49,436 bases of DNA from an uncultured archaeon (GTDB taxonomy: Archaea; Aenigmatarchaeota; Aenigmatarchaeia; PWEA01; JAGHBM01). Position numbers and translations under genes: made by a program. Each line of letters starts with the position of its first letter. The stretch's first letter is position 1. The DNA lies in the NCBI GenBank assembly GCA_964640225.1, contig CAZXFI010000005.1, positions 14,749 to 64,184 on the forward strand. The letters run 5' to 3'. Below the pieces are notes generated by a model that saw nothing but the letters and a program-made list of their open reading frames with translations, had not been told where the DNA came from and searched no databases. Positions 1-9,189 of this stretch are shown here, piece by piece.

Positions 1-271
1 CTCCCTGTATCATGAATCCCTCTATTACCCTGTGGAAAGTCAGGCCGTTGTAAAAACCGCTTTTGGTAAGATTTATGAAGTTCTGCGAGGTCAGGGGAGC
101 CTTTTCCATTTCAAGCTGGAACTTCATGGTCCCCATGGTTGTCTCCATGGTAACTATTCCCTTCAAGTCATCACCCGCGTAAGAGCCTGCCCAGATAATC
201 ATTCCCAGGGCCACCACCAGAACGGCTATAACTGCCACAGCCGCCCTGGCCTCCAGGCTCTTTATTTTCAA
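1..271 (-). CDS. Cyclophilin-type peptidyl-prolyl cis-trans isomerase with N-terminal membrane anchor (3' truncated by window edge)
   Basis: Manual translation (not in ORF track): [26 protein letters not shown]...[52 protein letters not shown]; [16 protein letters not shown] is the cyclophilin signature; TTG start with GAGGTG RBS. Confidence 0.92.
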   Translation of the reverse strand, partial: MKIKSLEARAAVAVIAVLVVALGMIIWAGSYAGDDLKGIVTMETTMGTMKFQLEMEKAPLTSQNFINLTKSGFYNGLTFHRVIEGFMIQG

Positions 272-281
272 AACTTACACC

Positions 282-860
282 TCAGTAATCCTCGCACCGG
301 AGCTCAAAATAGCTCTTCGGGTGGCTGCATGACGGGCAGGCCTCAGGAGGCTCCTCGCCCTCGTGCACGTAGCCGCACTTCCTGCAAACCCAGTATTTCT
401 TTTCGCTTTTTTTGAAAAAACCGGACTGCACTTCCTTGAGCAATTTTGTGTAACGCTCTTCATGGTGTTTTTCGGCCGCGGCTATGGCCCTCAGCCTTTT
501 TGCTATGTCCGGAAAGCCCTCCTTCTCCGCGATTTCGGCGAATTCCGGGTACATTTCCGCGTTCTCGTAGTGCTCCCCCGCTATGGCGGCCTTCAGGTTG
601 TCTGCCGTGGAACCCAGCGTAGTGGGCGCCTCGGCCTCAACCTTTACAGGATCCTGTTCCACGCCGCTTTTTTTCTTGAGCTCGTTTATCAGGCGGAAAA
701 GCCACTTTGCGTGCTCCCTCTCGTTATCTGCGGTAAGAAGAAAAATCTCCGCAATCTGCTCAAAGCCCTCCTTCTGCGCCGCTTTCGCGTAAAAAGTGTA
801 GCGGTTTCGGGCCTGGCTCTCGCCTATGAAGGCCTTTGCCAGGTTTTTTATTGTCTCCAT
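282..860 (-). CDS. rbr: Rubrerythrin
   Basis: [12 protein letters not shown], ExxH motifs (EREH, EKHH), C-terminal rubredoxin CRKCGY...CPSC. Confidence 0.96.
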   Translation of the reverse strand: METIKNLAKAFIGESQARNRYTFYAKAAQKEGFEQIAEIFLLTADNEREHAKWLFRLINELKKKSGVEQDPVKVEAEAPTTLGSTADNLKAAIAGEHYENAEMYPEFAEIAEKEGFPDIAKRLRAIAAAEKHHEERYTKLLKEVQSGFFKKSEKKYWVCRKCGYVHEGEEPPEACPSCSHPKSYFELRCEDY

Positions 861-918
861 TTTTTCACCTCATGGTTTTGTTGTGAAAAAATATGAAACT
901 TAAATTTCATAAATTCAA

Positions 919-1200
919 TCACCCCGTCAGCTCCTCAACTTCTTTCTTTCCTTCTTCCATCTCCTCTACCTGTTCCCTGTCGGCTCCCAGAAGAAGCGTC
1001 TGGAACTCCCCCACGTGCTCTTTCTCTTCCTTGGCCACGTCCAGAAGAACCTTTTTTATTTTCTCGTCCTGGGCAAGGGCGGCCATCTGCTCGTAAAGGT
1101 TTATGGCATCGTACTCGGCTATTATACCGGCCCTGAGAATTTCCTTGTCTATGTCCTCTTTATTCGCCTTCCCAATATCTATCGGAATTTTTGACAGCAA
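919..1200 (-). CDS. Short ferritin-like (rubrerythrin/Flp family) di-iron protein
   Basis: AEYDAINLYEQ...VAKEEKEHVGEF half-ferritin motif; TTG start chosen from GGGGTG RBS. Confidence 0.85.
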   Translation of the reverse strand: MLSKIPIDIGKANKEDIDKEILRAGIIAEYDAINLYEQMAALAQDEKIKKVLLDVAKEEKEHVGEFQTLLLGADREQVEEMEEGKKEVEELTG

Positions 1201-1271
1201 AACAACACCCCCTTTGTAACCAATTATTCGCAAAGCTCCCTTATATAATTATGCAGCCCCAATACCCGGTT

Positions 1272-1532
1272 TCATTTCCTGAACCGGAAAATTCTTTTTG
1301 TCATCGCGCAAAGCCATTTGCAGTGCAGGACCAGGTGGAGAAGTATGAGTAATCCCAGAAAAATTCCTGCCCAGTCGTGTACCTGGCTCAAAAAGCCTGG
1401 ACGCAGGCCGAGATAACTGATTCCGAGAGAAGGAAGCAATCTCGGGAATTTAAGAAGACCTGTTGTGAAAACTACCAGAAAGGACAAAACCATGGCTGAG
1501 TCAATAACGTAGTTAATCGCGCTTCTGTTCAT
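1272..1532 (-). CDS. DUF4405-like small membrane protein (His-containing, cytochrome b-like)
   Basis: Two TM helices, VHDWAG...LHLVLH.KW pattern. Confidence 0.75.
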   Translation of the reverse strand: MNRSAINYVIDSAMVLSFLVVFTTGLLKFPRLLPSLGISYLGLRPGFLSQVHDWAGIFLGLLILLHLVLHCKWLCAMTKRIFRFRK

Positions 1533-1543
1533 CCTTTACCATC

Positions 1544-1978
1544 CTACTTGGGGGCAAATTCCGTAATCCTTTCCACGATTATCTTTTTCTGCTTATCGTC
1601 AAGCTCCGCGTCCAGCTTCGGGTAGACTTCCCTGTCTTCAAAATCCTTGTGCTTCATGATTACGGAGCAAAGCTCCCCTGCCTTGTCCGAAATGTCCGCA
1701 TCCTTTCCCCCGGCCAGATCCTTTTGCATCTCATTCAGCAGCTCCACTATGTTGTCATGCTCCCTTTTCAGCTCCGGCACGGCCTCGTAGTCCTTGCTGT
1801 CTTCGGGCCTGGCAAAGGTAAAGATTGCCCTCTCCTCTATGAACATGTGCTTCTCCAGTTCCCACCTCAGGATGTCAAAATTTTTTCTTTCCTCCCCGGT
1901 GCCTATGCTCTCCCTGAACAGGGAAAGAAGCTTTTCAATCCTGCAGTGGTCCCTTGACATGAAATCCGCTAATTCCAA
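1544..1978 (-). CDS. Hemerythrin HHE cation-binding domain protein
   Basis: DH..I, HMFIEE..IF, EHD, HKDFED..VYP motifs. Confidence 0.88.
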   Translation of the reverse strand: MELADFMSRDHCRIEKLLSLFRESIGTGEERKNFDILRWELEKHMFIEERAIFTFARPEDSKDYEAVPELKREHDNIVELLNEMQKDLAGGKDADISDKAGELCSVIMKHKDFEDREVYPKLDAELDDKQKKIIVERITEFAPK

Positions 1979-2006
1979 AAAAAACACCTCCCTAATATTA
2001 TTCTTT

Positions 2007-2582
2007 TTATAAATTGTTTTCCCACACTCTCCTTACCAGCTCCTCCGCGGTGATTTTCTTTTCAAAAAGGAGCTTTATGTTTTCCCGGGATATCTCCTTT
2101 TTTATTCTTTCCTTCCGGGAGAGAGAGCGTATGTAGTTTTTTATCTGCTCCTTTAGCCTGCCCCTGAGCTCAGGCCTTTCAAGAAATTTCTCGGAAAACC
2201 TTTTTACAAAAGCCTCGTTCATCCTTATAAGGACGTTTACAGCCTTTTCCTTCTGCCCCTCCTCCGGAAGCTTCATCGCGACGCTGACTATGTTCCGCAA
2301 ATTTTCCGGATTCCTGATGCCCCTCTCTACGAGGCTTTCCGCGCTTGAGGCTTCAACGGAAACTTTCCCGGATATGTTGAGGGCGCTCCTGTAGAATTCC
2401 TGCTTTTCTTCAGGGGTGGACAGGCTCTCCAGGCCCCTGTCCGTGTAAACGGATACGATGGTTTTGTTCTCTTCCGCGGCGGCCTTGGAAAAGGAGCAGG
2501 GGCAGGCCGCCCGGGCCAGCGGTATCGTAGTCAGGACTAACAAAAACACTATGATTCCGATTTTCTTGATTTCAAAGCTCAT
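2007..2582 (-). CDS. Hypothetical secreted/membrane-anchored protein
   Basis: Signal peptide, CPC motif, helical charged body; overlaps the upstream gene. Confidence 0.65.
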   Translation of the reverse strand: MSFEIKKIGIIVFLLVLTTIPLARAACPCSFSKAAAEENKTIVSVYTDRGLESLSTPEEKQEFYRSALNISGKVSVEASSAESLVERGIRNPENLRNIVSVAMKLPEEGQKEKAVNVLIRMNEAFVKRFSEKFLERPELRGRLKEQIKNYIRSLSRKERIKKEISRENIKLLFEKKITAEELVRRVWENNL

Positions 2583-3423
2583 TGAACCACTCCGTAAATC
2601 TTACATAATGGCTGGCGGAGGTCCTGTCCACCTCTACTATGTTCTTCCTTTCCAGGTTTTTTAAGGACACCGCAAGGCTGGATTTTGCAATGTCCAGCTT
2701 TCTTTCCATAAGGCTTCTTCTCATCTCCCCGCCGCTTTCCATCAGGGTCTTCACTATTTTCGCCTCGTTCGGGGAAAGCGTCCTTACTATGCTCTGCCTC
2801 TTGTCCAGCTTCAATGTTTTCCTTTTCCTTGACCTGTAAAGCATAAACCCTGCTGCCGCCAGAACCAGCACGGGAACCGCGAAAACGAATATTTCCGGGC
2901 TGTTTTTCTCGCGGGAGGTATCGGGCAGCGTGTCTGTGTCCTTGTCAAAATAGTACCAGACCCCTATTTTTCCCGGGCTACCTTTCCAGTGAAGCTGCAG
3001 TATTTCCCCTGATTCTATAACCGGGTTGGGCTCCATGCGCACAAGGTTCGTGTCCTCGGGCATGGCAACGGTTACGTCAAGGTCTTGGAAGTCGGGAAGG
3101 GGCATTTCAAAATGCCAAGTGTCACCCGCCTTGCCTGTCAGGGCGGATGTCGCGTAGAGTATGTAGGCGCTCCCGGTCTCGCCTATTGAAACCTCAATGC
3201 TGTCGTTTTCCATCAGGTAAAGCGCCCCGTCCGCGTTTATTTCTTCCACATCTTCCTGAATGGGAATGTCTATCAGGCCGCTTCCCTCAATGCTTACTGC
3301 AACAAGGGAGTTGCCGTTGTCTTCTATTATCACCATATAATCCACGCTCTGTATGTCGGCCCTAACCGCGGGCGCCAAGAGCATTATGATTATGAAAAGG
3401 AGGGGCATCTTCAGAATTTTCAT
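2572..3423 (-). CDS. Membrane-anchored winged-helix transcriptional regulator (COG2512-like)
   Basis: Signal peptide, extracellular beta domain, TM helix, C-terminal LSPNEAKIV...IAKSSLAVSLKNLERKNIVEV wHTH. Confidence 0.8.
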   Translation of the reverse strand: MKILKMPLLFIIIMLLAPAVRADIQSVDYMVIIEDNGNSLVAVSIEGSGLIDIPIQEDVEEINADGALYLMENDSIEVSIGETGSAYILYATSALTGKAGDTWHFEMPLPDFQDLDVTVAMPEDTNLVRMEPNPVIESGEILQLHWKGSPGKIGVWYYFDKDTDTLPDTSREKNSPEIFVFAVPVLVLAAAGFMLYRSRKRKTLKLDKRQSIVRTLSPNEAKIVKTLMESGGEMRRSLMERKLDIAKSSLAVSLKNLERKNIVEVDRTSASHYVRFTEWFNEL

Positions 3424-3488
3424 AAAATAAAGATGCCCTTCCTGGTTTAAATGGTTATCCCCGCCGCCGGGGCAGGGATAAGTTCATT

Positions 3489-4031
3489 TCAGGCAACCGC
3501 GTCTATGGAAACTGCTTCCACAGCAACGGGAGCAACTGCCCTGGCCAGCGGCCTGTGCACGGGGTACGGCTGGGGGAAGACTACGTATCTTCCGAAAGCC
3601 CTTTCCTCGCCGAACATGTTCTCGGCTTTCCAGAAACCTCTCCTGTACTTTCCCACGAAGAACTCGTCCCCGTAGAAACCGGCAAAGGTTCCTCCCTGGT
3701 ATATTCCCCAGGACTCACGGCCCTGGTTGTCCTCTCCGACAAAGTACCCGTTCCCCAGGCGGCCCCACATCACGTGCTCCCCTTCATGGGTCCACAAAAG
3801 GAACCTTCTCGTTCTTCCCGTGACAGAGGCGGCCGCGCCTTCGTCTCCGGATTCTTCCACCAGCTTCAGCGCCTCCTGGTACGTTGCAGGCACCATTTCC
3901 ATGGCTTTTTCTTCCAGCGCCTCCTTTTCCGTGCTATAGTCTGCAAGGTCTGCTGATGCGCTGACCGTTGCTATTCCGCTTCCCAGTATCAGCACCGCCA
4001 TCAGTGCCGCCGGGATTACATGCTTGTTCAT
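3489..4031 (-). CDS. Hypothetical secreted protein (Gly/aromatic-rich beta domain)
   Basis: Signal peptide, GGAGGTG RBS, repeated G-x-F/Y/W strands. Confidence 0.7.
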   Translation of the reverse strand: MNKHVIPAALMAVLILGSGIATVSASADLADYSTEKEALEEKAMEMVPATYQEALKLVEESGDEGAAASVTGRTRRFLLWTHEGEHVMWGRLGNGYFVGEDNQGRESWGIYQGGTFAGFYGDEFFVGKYRRGFWKAENMFGEERAFGRYVVFPQPYPVHRPLARAVAPVAVEAVSIDAVA

Positions 4032-4184
4032 TTTTTCAACACCTCCAAATGTTTTTTGTGTTTAATCCCAGCACATGAACGGCATATAAAACCTGCACTG
4101 AACAGCGGTGAACAAGGGCGAACACAAAGGCAAAAAAACCTGTAATTTGCGCCCTGAAAAGTCGGCAAACCCCAAATTCTTTTC

Positions 4185-4952
4185 TTAACCGAATATTTCC
4201 CTTCTTTTCAGCACGGCCACGGCGCATATAAAAAACCCAAAAACCAGCATGCTCAAAAGAACATGGGTTTCTGTTTCTCCGGTGATTTCTTCAGGTTCGG
4301 GGAATTTCCCCAAACCTTCCTTTTTTTCTTCCGTTTCCCTGACCGACGTGGTGCTCTCTGCCGTGGAGAAGGAACTGCCTGTTTTGTTGTCCTGTTCCGT
4401 TGTTGTGGTGCTAACGGTGGTAGTTGGCGGGGTGCCCCCGGAGCTTCCGCCGCCCGAAACCGTGGTGGTGGTCGTGGATGTAGTGGCCACGTCACCCGAC
4501 TGGAATACCTCAAAGTTTTCCTCGCTCCATTCGCTGTTGTTGAATGATATGAATCCTGAAATGTTGGCCGTGCCGTCCGCTACATGAGTGCCGCTTCTGT
4601 TAACCGTGTAATTTGTGCCGCCGGGGAATCCAGATATGTCAAACCGCACGTTCCCCGAATCAGCGGTTGCGTTGAACTCAAGCACCTTTTCTCCGTCCCC
4701 CGCGCCCGTTGCGTTCCCGTTTATGTAAATCAGGGTTATGTTCACGGAATTTGCGGAGGTGACGCAAAACCCCGTGCTGTTGAAAATTATGTAAGAAGAG
4801 TCTATGGTTATGTTTTCAAAATCCATGGTATGGTTTGCCATGTAGATTTGGTTCCCAACATGAAACTCTATTTCGGGGGAAACGGTCACTCCCAGAGCGG
4901 CTGTAGAAAGAGCTATCAAAAGGAACGGAAGAAAAAATACATTGTTTTTCAT
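4185..4952 (-). CDS. Cell-surface glycoprotein with Thr-rich linker and C-terminal TM anchor
   Basis: Signal peptide MKNNVFF..., many N-x-S/T sequons, TTTT linker, TM followed by KRR. Confidence 0.75.
   Translation of the reverse strand: MKNNVFFLPFLLIALSTAALGVTVSPEIEFHVGNQIYMANHTMDFENITIDSSYIIFNSTGFCVTSANSVNITLIYINGNATGAGDGEKVLEFNATADSGNVRFDISGFPGGTNYTVNRSGTHVADGTANISGFISFNNSEWSEENFEVFQSGDVATTSTTTTTVSGGGSSGGTPPTTTVSTTTTEQDNKTGSSFSTAESTTSVRETEEKKEGLGKFPEPEEITGETETHVLLSMLVFGFFICAVAVLKRREIFG
4402..4444. repeat. 43-bp dispersed repeat, copy 1 (reverse complement identical to 43884..43926)
   Basis: GCTCCGGGGGCACCCCGCCAACTACCACCGTTAGCACCACAAC on the coding strand of both genes. Confidence 0.9.
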
Positions 4953-4969
4953 GGTTTTCCCCAAAGGAT

Positions 4970-6133
4970 TCAGTGCAGGGCAGCCCACCCGGTTCCGTTG
5001 TAGTAGTAAAGCCTGTGGTCGGTTGAATTGGCAAAAAGCATGCCTTCCTCGGGACTGGCGGGCGCGGAGCTGGCCGGCTTCAGATGAAGCACGTCGTCAA
5101 GGTAAAAAACATCGTAGCCGTAAAAATCCCTGAAGTAGGACGGGTGAGAGCTGTTGTCCGTTACCGTGGCTGAAATCGTGTTTGACGCCGAGCAGCCATA
5201 AAACCGGTGATAACCTGTATTTCCGCTTTTAATCAGGACATCCCTGTCGTTGCCTTCAAACCTTGTGCCGAAAAACTTGTGCAGGCTGCAGCTTCTGCCG
5301 TCATCGGTTTCCATGACTATTCCGGTCCCGTTGTCGTGCCCCTCCACGTCAACGCCGTAAACGGAGTTCGTGTCCGAGTCGTAAAACCTTATTCCCATGG
5401 GATAGTCGCCCGCAAGGTTCCTGCCGTTTGACACCATGCCGCTCAGAAAGGAATTGGCGTTGGAATTGTACCCGAAGTTCACGCCGATTGTGCATCTCCT
5501 TACCATCACGTTGTCCAAGACGTTGTAGTAGGACCCGATTCCGTTCGCGGTTATGTTTATTCCCACCGAGGGGGGAGATTCCGCGAAAAAATCGTCCACC
5601 ATGACATCCTCTATCTTGCAGTACTGGCAGTTCTCCATCAGAATGCCGCCGGAGGAGTTTACAGAGTCCGCGCCGTCTATCACAAGGTTCCTGATTGAGG
5701 TGCCCATGGAAACGTCCGAGTCCGTTCCTATTTTTACCGCATAATCGTTGAAGCCGCCGGGCACGTACTTGTTTATCTTTATCTCCGTGACCTCGTTTGT
5801 CGTGGGCACTGCAGTCACGCCCCAGCCCTGGCCCTCTATGGTCACGGAAAGGTTTCCTGTTTCAATTGACTCGTTTATGAGAAAGGAACCGGCAGGCAGC
5901 CACACGTGCCCCCCGTTGGTTTCGTTCAGGTCGTCTATAGCAAGCTGGATGTTATCCCCCGAGGCTTCCCAGTACCTGCCCCTGCTGTTGGTTATGAAAG
6001 TGGAGGCGGTGTCCTGCGTGTCCGATATGGTCCGGGTAAGAGACCAGGCAACGGGAACGGTTACAAGAATGAACAATAAGGCCGCCAGAAAGGCCTTGAC
6101 TTCTCTCCCCAAAATTTTATTCGTTAGGCACAC
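4970..6133 (-). CDS. Secreted right-handed beta-helix (pectin lyase-like) protein
   Basis: IQLAIDDL...GGHVWLPAGSF cap motif, IRNLVIDG coils, C-terminal PASPEEGMLFANSTDHRLYYYNGTGW motif. Confidence 0.8.
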   Translation of the reverse strand: MCLTNKILGREVKAFLAALLFILVTVPVAWSLTRTISDTQDTASTFITNSRGRYWEASGDNIQLAIDDLNETNGGHVWLPAGSFLINESIETGNLSVTIEGQGWGVTAVPTTNEVTEIKINKYVPGGFNDYAVKIGTDSDVSMGTSIRNLVIDGADSVNSSGGILMENCQYCKIEDVMVDDFFAESPPSVGINITANGIGSYYNVLDNVMVRRCTIGVNFGYNSNANSFLSGMVSNGRNLAGDYPMGIRFYDSDTNSVYGVDVEGHDNGTGIVMETDDGRSCSLHKFFGTRFEGNDRDVLIKSGNTGYHRFYGCSASNTISATVTDNSSHPSYFRDFYGYDVFYLDDVLHLKPASSAPASPEEGMLFANSTDHRLYYYNGTGWAALH

Positions 6134-6154
6134 CCCGTTAAGCAGTCTGAAAAT

Positions 6155-6361
6155 TCAAACCCCCAGGTCTTTGTTTATTCTTTCCCTTGCAAGATAGCGG
6201 CCCAGGTTGGAAATTTCGTATTCCGGGAGTTCCCGGCCCGAATTATATTTTTCTATAAGCTCTTTTTTTGTTTCCAGGTAGTTCAAGCCCTGGCCTATTG
6301 CATACGCCGACAAAAGCGCCGGCACCAGAATTTCCGGGCCCACTGTTACCGCTTCAATCAT
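6155..6361 (-). CDS. Small hypothetical membrane protein
   Basis: 68-aa ORF filling the intergenic gap, N-terminal hydrophobic segment. Confidence 0.5.
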   Translation of the reverse strand: MIEAVTVGPEILVPALLSAYAIGQGLNYLETKKELIEKYNSGRELPEYEISNLGRYLARERINKDLGV

Positions 6362-6383
6362 AATACCAGATAGAATTCAATAC

Positions 6384-7877
6384 TTAAAAACCTGACAGCA
6401 GCAAAAATACCGGCAAAAGCGTGAAGAGATACAACAGAAAAACAGGCCTCTCGTCATAATTCTTCCTGTTCACCAGCCAGAACTGCGCCAGGCTCAGACC
6501 CAGGAAAAGCAGAACCACGAAAAAGTTTCCCGTAATTAAAATCACGGAAAGGTAGGCCGCCACGAAAAAAAATCCCGTCAGCAGCTTGGCTTTTTCCAGC
6601 CCCAGGACCACGGGCAGGGTTTTTATCCCTGCCCTTTTGTCTCCCCTGTAGTCCTTTATGTCTATGAAATTGGTCGCGGCCGTGAAAGCTGTCAGGATTA
6701 TCAGCGCTATGACAGGGGGGAAACTCCCCGGGGAGCCTCCCGCAAAAACGAATCCCAGAATCACCAGAACAAGGGAGTTAAGGGATATGAAAATTTTTGA
6801 AAAAAAAGTCACCCTTTTCAATCTCAGGGGCGGCATGGAGTAAAGGAAATAGTTGCCTGTGAAAAGGACTATGAAAAACAGGGTTTGTGGTCCGGAAAAA
6901 CCCGCAAATACCAGAGCAAGCACCAGGAAAGCCCAGCCTAACCTTAAGTAATGCCTGTCTTTTATGGTTTTTTTTACGTGAGGCCTCCCCCTGTTGGACA
7001 CCATGTCTATCTCGTGGTCGGCGATATTGTTCGTGACCACAGAGAAAAGCAAGGCAAAGGCTATGCTGACTGGTATGAAAAACAAATGGAAAACGTTTTC
7101 CGCCGTGACCGCGAGCCCAGGGCCGAGAGCGATGCCCAGGAAAAACATAATCTCGTAATGCGCTATCCTGAGCAGCCTTGAATCCCTGAGTAGCTCCCTG
7201 AAGTATTCCCTGTTCGCAAGGTAAAAAAGGATTGTGACCAAAAAAAATGAAGTGACCAGGAAAAAATCGGCCATTAGCAGGTCTGAGGGCACGTAAGCCA
7301 GGCCTAAAAGCTCCAGAAGCCCCCTGACGAAAAAGGGAGAAATTCCGTAAAGGAATATAGCCGCGTAAACAAGCACAGCGGAAAAAAGGCTCTTGAGGGG
7401 CCTGGACATCTTAATCCAGAAATAAAAGAAACTCATTACCAGCACCAGGGCAATCTCTATCCTCATTCCCGGCGTGGCGCCCATGCCCTGGAAGTCCCCG
7501 AAGAACGTGAAGAACCTTAGAAGAAGGTTTTCATGTACCCCCGGAAGAAGGTAGGAAATCTGGTAGCCCGAGCCCCTGCTTATCAGCAGGTCAAGAACCG
7601 GGGCAAGGCTTGTTATGAAAAACGCGGGAAGCACCACCCTGGCCGTCTTTTTCACGCTTTCTCTCGTGACCAGGTGAAAAAGCAAAATCAGGCCCAGGGC
7701 CAGGGCCACGTATGAAAGATAATAGTGGACAAGCCTGGGAGCGAGAAACTCGGCCCGGGTTGAGAACATCTCCAGGAAGTTTCTCAGCGTGACCGCAAAG
7801 AAGAAAGCAAGCACGGAATAGAGGAACGGGGCGCCGGAATTTTCAAGAGATTCCACCGCCCGCTTAAGTACTTTCAT
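6384..7877 (-). CDS. UbiA-family prenyltransferase with N-terminal multi-TM extension
   Basis: NNIADHEID..SNRGRP, YSMPPLRLK, DIKDYRGDKRAGIKTLPV motifs. Confidence 0.88.
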   Translation of the reverse strand: MKVLKRAVESLENSGAPFLYSVLAFFFAVTLRNFLEMFSTRAEFLAPRLVHYYLSYVALALGLILLFHLVTRESVKKTARVVLPAFFITSLAPVLDLLISRGSGYQISYLLPGVHENLLLRFFTFFGDFQGMGATPGMRIEIALVLVMSFFYFWIKMSRPLKSLFSAVLVYAAIFLYGISPFFVRGLLELLGLAYVPSDLLMADFFLVTSFFLVTILFYLANREYFRELLRDSRLLRIAHYEIMFFLGIALGPGLAVTAENVFHLFFIPVSIAFALLFSVVTNNIADHEIDMVSNRGRPHVKKTIKDRHYLRLGWAFLVLALVFAGFSGPQTLFFIVLFTGNYFLYSMPPLRLKRVTFFSKIFISLNSLVLVILGFVFAGGSPGSFPPVIALIILTAFTAATNFIDIKDYRGDKRAGIKTLPVVLGLEKAKLLTGFFFVAAYLSVILITGNFFVVLLFLGLSLAQFWLVNRKNYDERPVFLLYLFTLLPVFLLLSGF

Positions 7878-7921
7878 GATAAATATTTAGCCGGTGAAAA
7901 TAAAAATCAATTGGTGCTTTA

Positions 7922-8602
7922 GTGAAAACAGGCGTACTTTTCTCGGGAGGCAAGGATTCCTGCCTTGCAATACAGAAGGCCATGGAAAAGGAGGAGGTTG
8001 TGTGCCTCATCACGGTAGTCTCAGAGAATCCCGAGAGCTACATGTTCCATACCCCGAACATAGGGCTCACCGCGCTTCAGGCCGAGGCGGCGGGGCTGCC
8101 CCTTTTGTCCATAGTAACCCCGGGAGAGAAGGAAAGGGAGCTGGAGGAGCTGGAAAGGGTTTTGAAAAAGGCCAAGGAACTCTTCGGGATAGATGGGGCA
8201 GTCACCGGGGCGATAGCCTCAAGCTACCAGAAAGAAAGGATAGAAAACATCTGCAGCAAGCTCGGAATTGAAAGCATTAATCCTCTCTGGGGCGTGAACC
8301 AGACAGAGGTTCTCCGGGAGATTGTTGAAAGCGGCTTTGACGTGATGATAACCGGTGTTTTTGCCGAGCCCCTCGGAAGGGAGTGGCTGGGAAGGATAAT
8401 AGACATGGAAACCATCAGGGAACTGGAGGAGCTTTGGGAGAAACACGGGATAAACCCCTCCGGCGAGGGCGGGGAAATAGAAACCACGGTGCTGGACGCG
8501 CCTTTCTTTAAAAAAAAGGTTGAAATAAAAGAGACTTCTTTGCACTTCTCAAATTATTCAGGAATTTTAAATATAGAAAAGGCTGTTCTGAAAGAAAAAT
8601 AA
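7922..8602 (+). CDS. dph6: Diphthine--ammonia ligase (PP-loop ATPase)
   Basis: LFSGGKDS, SYMFH, GAIASSYQK.RIE, PLW, GEGGEIET. Confidence 0.9.
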   Translation: MKTGVLFSGGKDSCLAIQKAMEKEEVVCLITVVSENPESYMFHTPNIGLTALQAEAAGLPLLSIVTPGEKERELEELERVLKKAKELFGIDGAVTGAIASSYQKERIENICSKLGIESINPLWGVNQTEVLREIVESGFDVMITGVFAEPLGREWLGRIIDMETIRELEELWEKHGINPSGEGGEIETTVLDAPFFKKKVEIKETSLHFSNYSGILNIEKAVLKEK

Positions 8603-8608
8603 AATCAA

Positions 8609-9154
8609 TCAGAATTCGCAGAAAACGGCCGCCGCAACCACTGTGGTCCACAGGCCGTCCTTGTTTCCCTGCGCGGTCTGGGTAACGTTCGTGGCCCTGA
8701 CGAACCTTCCGCTCATTTTGTACTCCTGCTTCCTCTCGTTCCACGCCATGTCAGGGTCAAACTCCAGCCCCAGGGTTGTCGCAAGCATGGTAGCAGCCAG
8801 GTCCTCCGCGTAATCACCCGCCTTCTGGGCCGTCTCCCCGAAGCTGTGGTGCTCCGAGAGGTAGCCGTAGGAATCGTTTTCCTTGGGAACTGCCAGGCCA
8901 ATTGAGGCCGCTATGAGCCTGTTCGGCTCGTTGGTGGAATTCCTGGCCATCACAGAAAAGGTTATCTGGCCCGGCTTGAGCAGCTGCAGCCCCCTTTCCC
9001 TGGGAACAATGCTGCATTTCGGCGGGAATATGCTGGACACGCAAACTATGTTGCACTTCTCTATTCCGGCGTTCCTCAGGGCGAGCTCAAAGGACTGAAG
9101 GTAGTCCTTGTGCACCCCGACTCCCTTAGTCAGAAACATTTTTTTCGGAACCAT
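8609..9154 (-). CDS. pdaD: Pyruvoyl-dependent arginine decarboxylase
   Basis: [23 protein letters not shown] (Ser-Ser self-cleavage site), [18 protein letters not shown]. Confidence 0.95.
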   Translation of the reverse strand: MVPKKMFLTKGVGVHKDYLQSFELALRNAGIEKCNIVCVSSIFPPKCSIVPRERGLQLLKPGQITFSVMARNSTNEPNRLIAASIGLAVPKENDSYGYLSEHHSFGETAQKAGDYAEDLAATMLATTLGLEFDPDMAWNERKQEYKMSGRFVRATNVTQTAQGNKDGLWTTVVAAAVFCEF

Positions 9155-9189
9155 TTTTCTTTTTTATGGGGAAATGCTTATAAAGTTTT

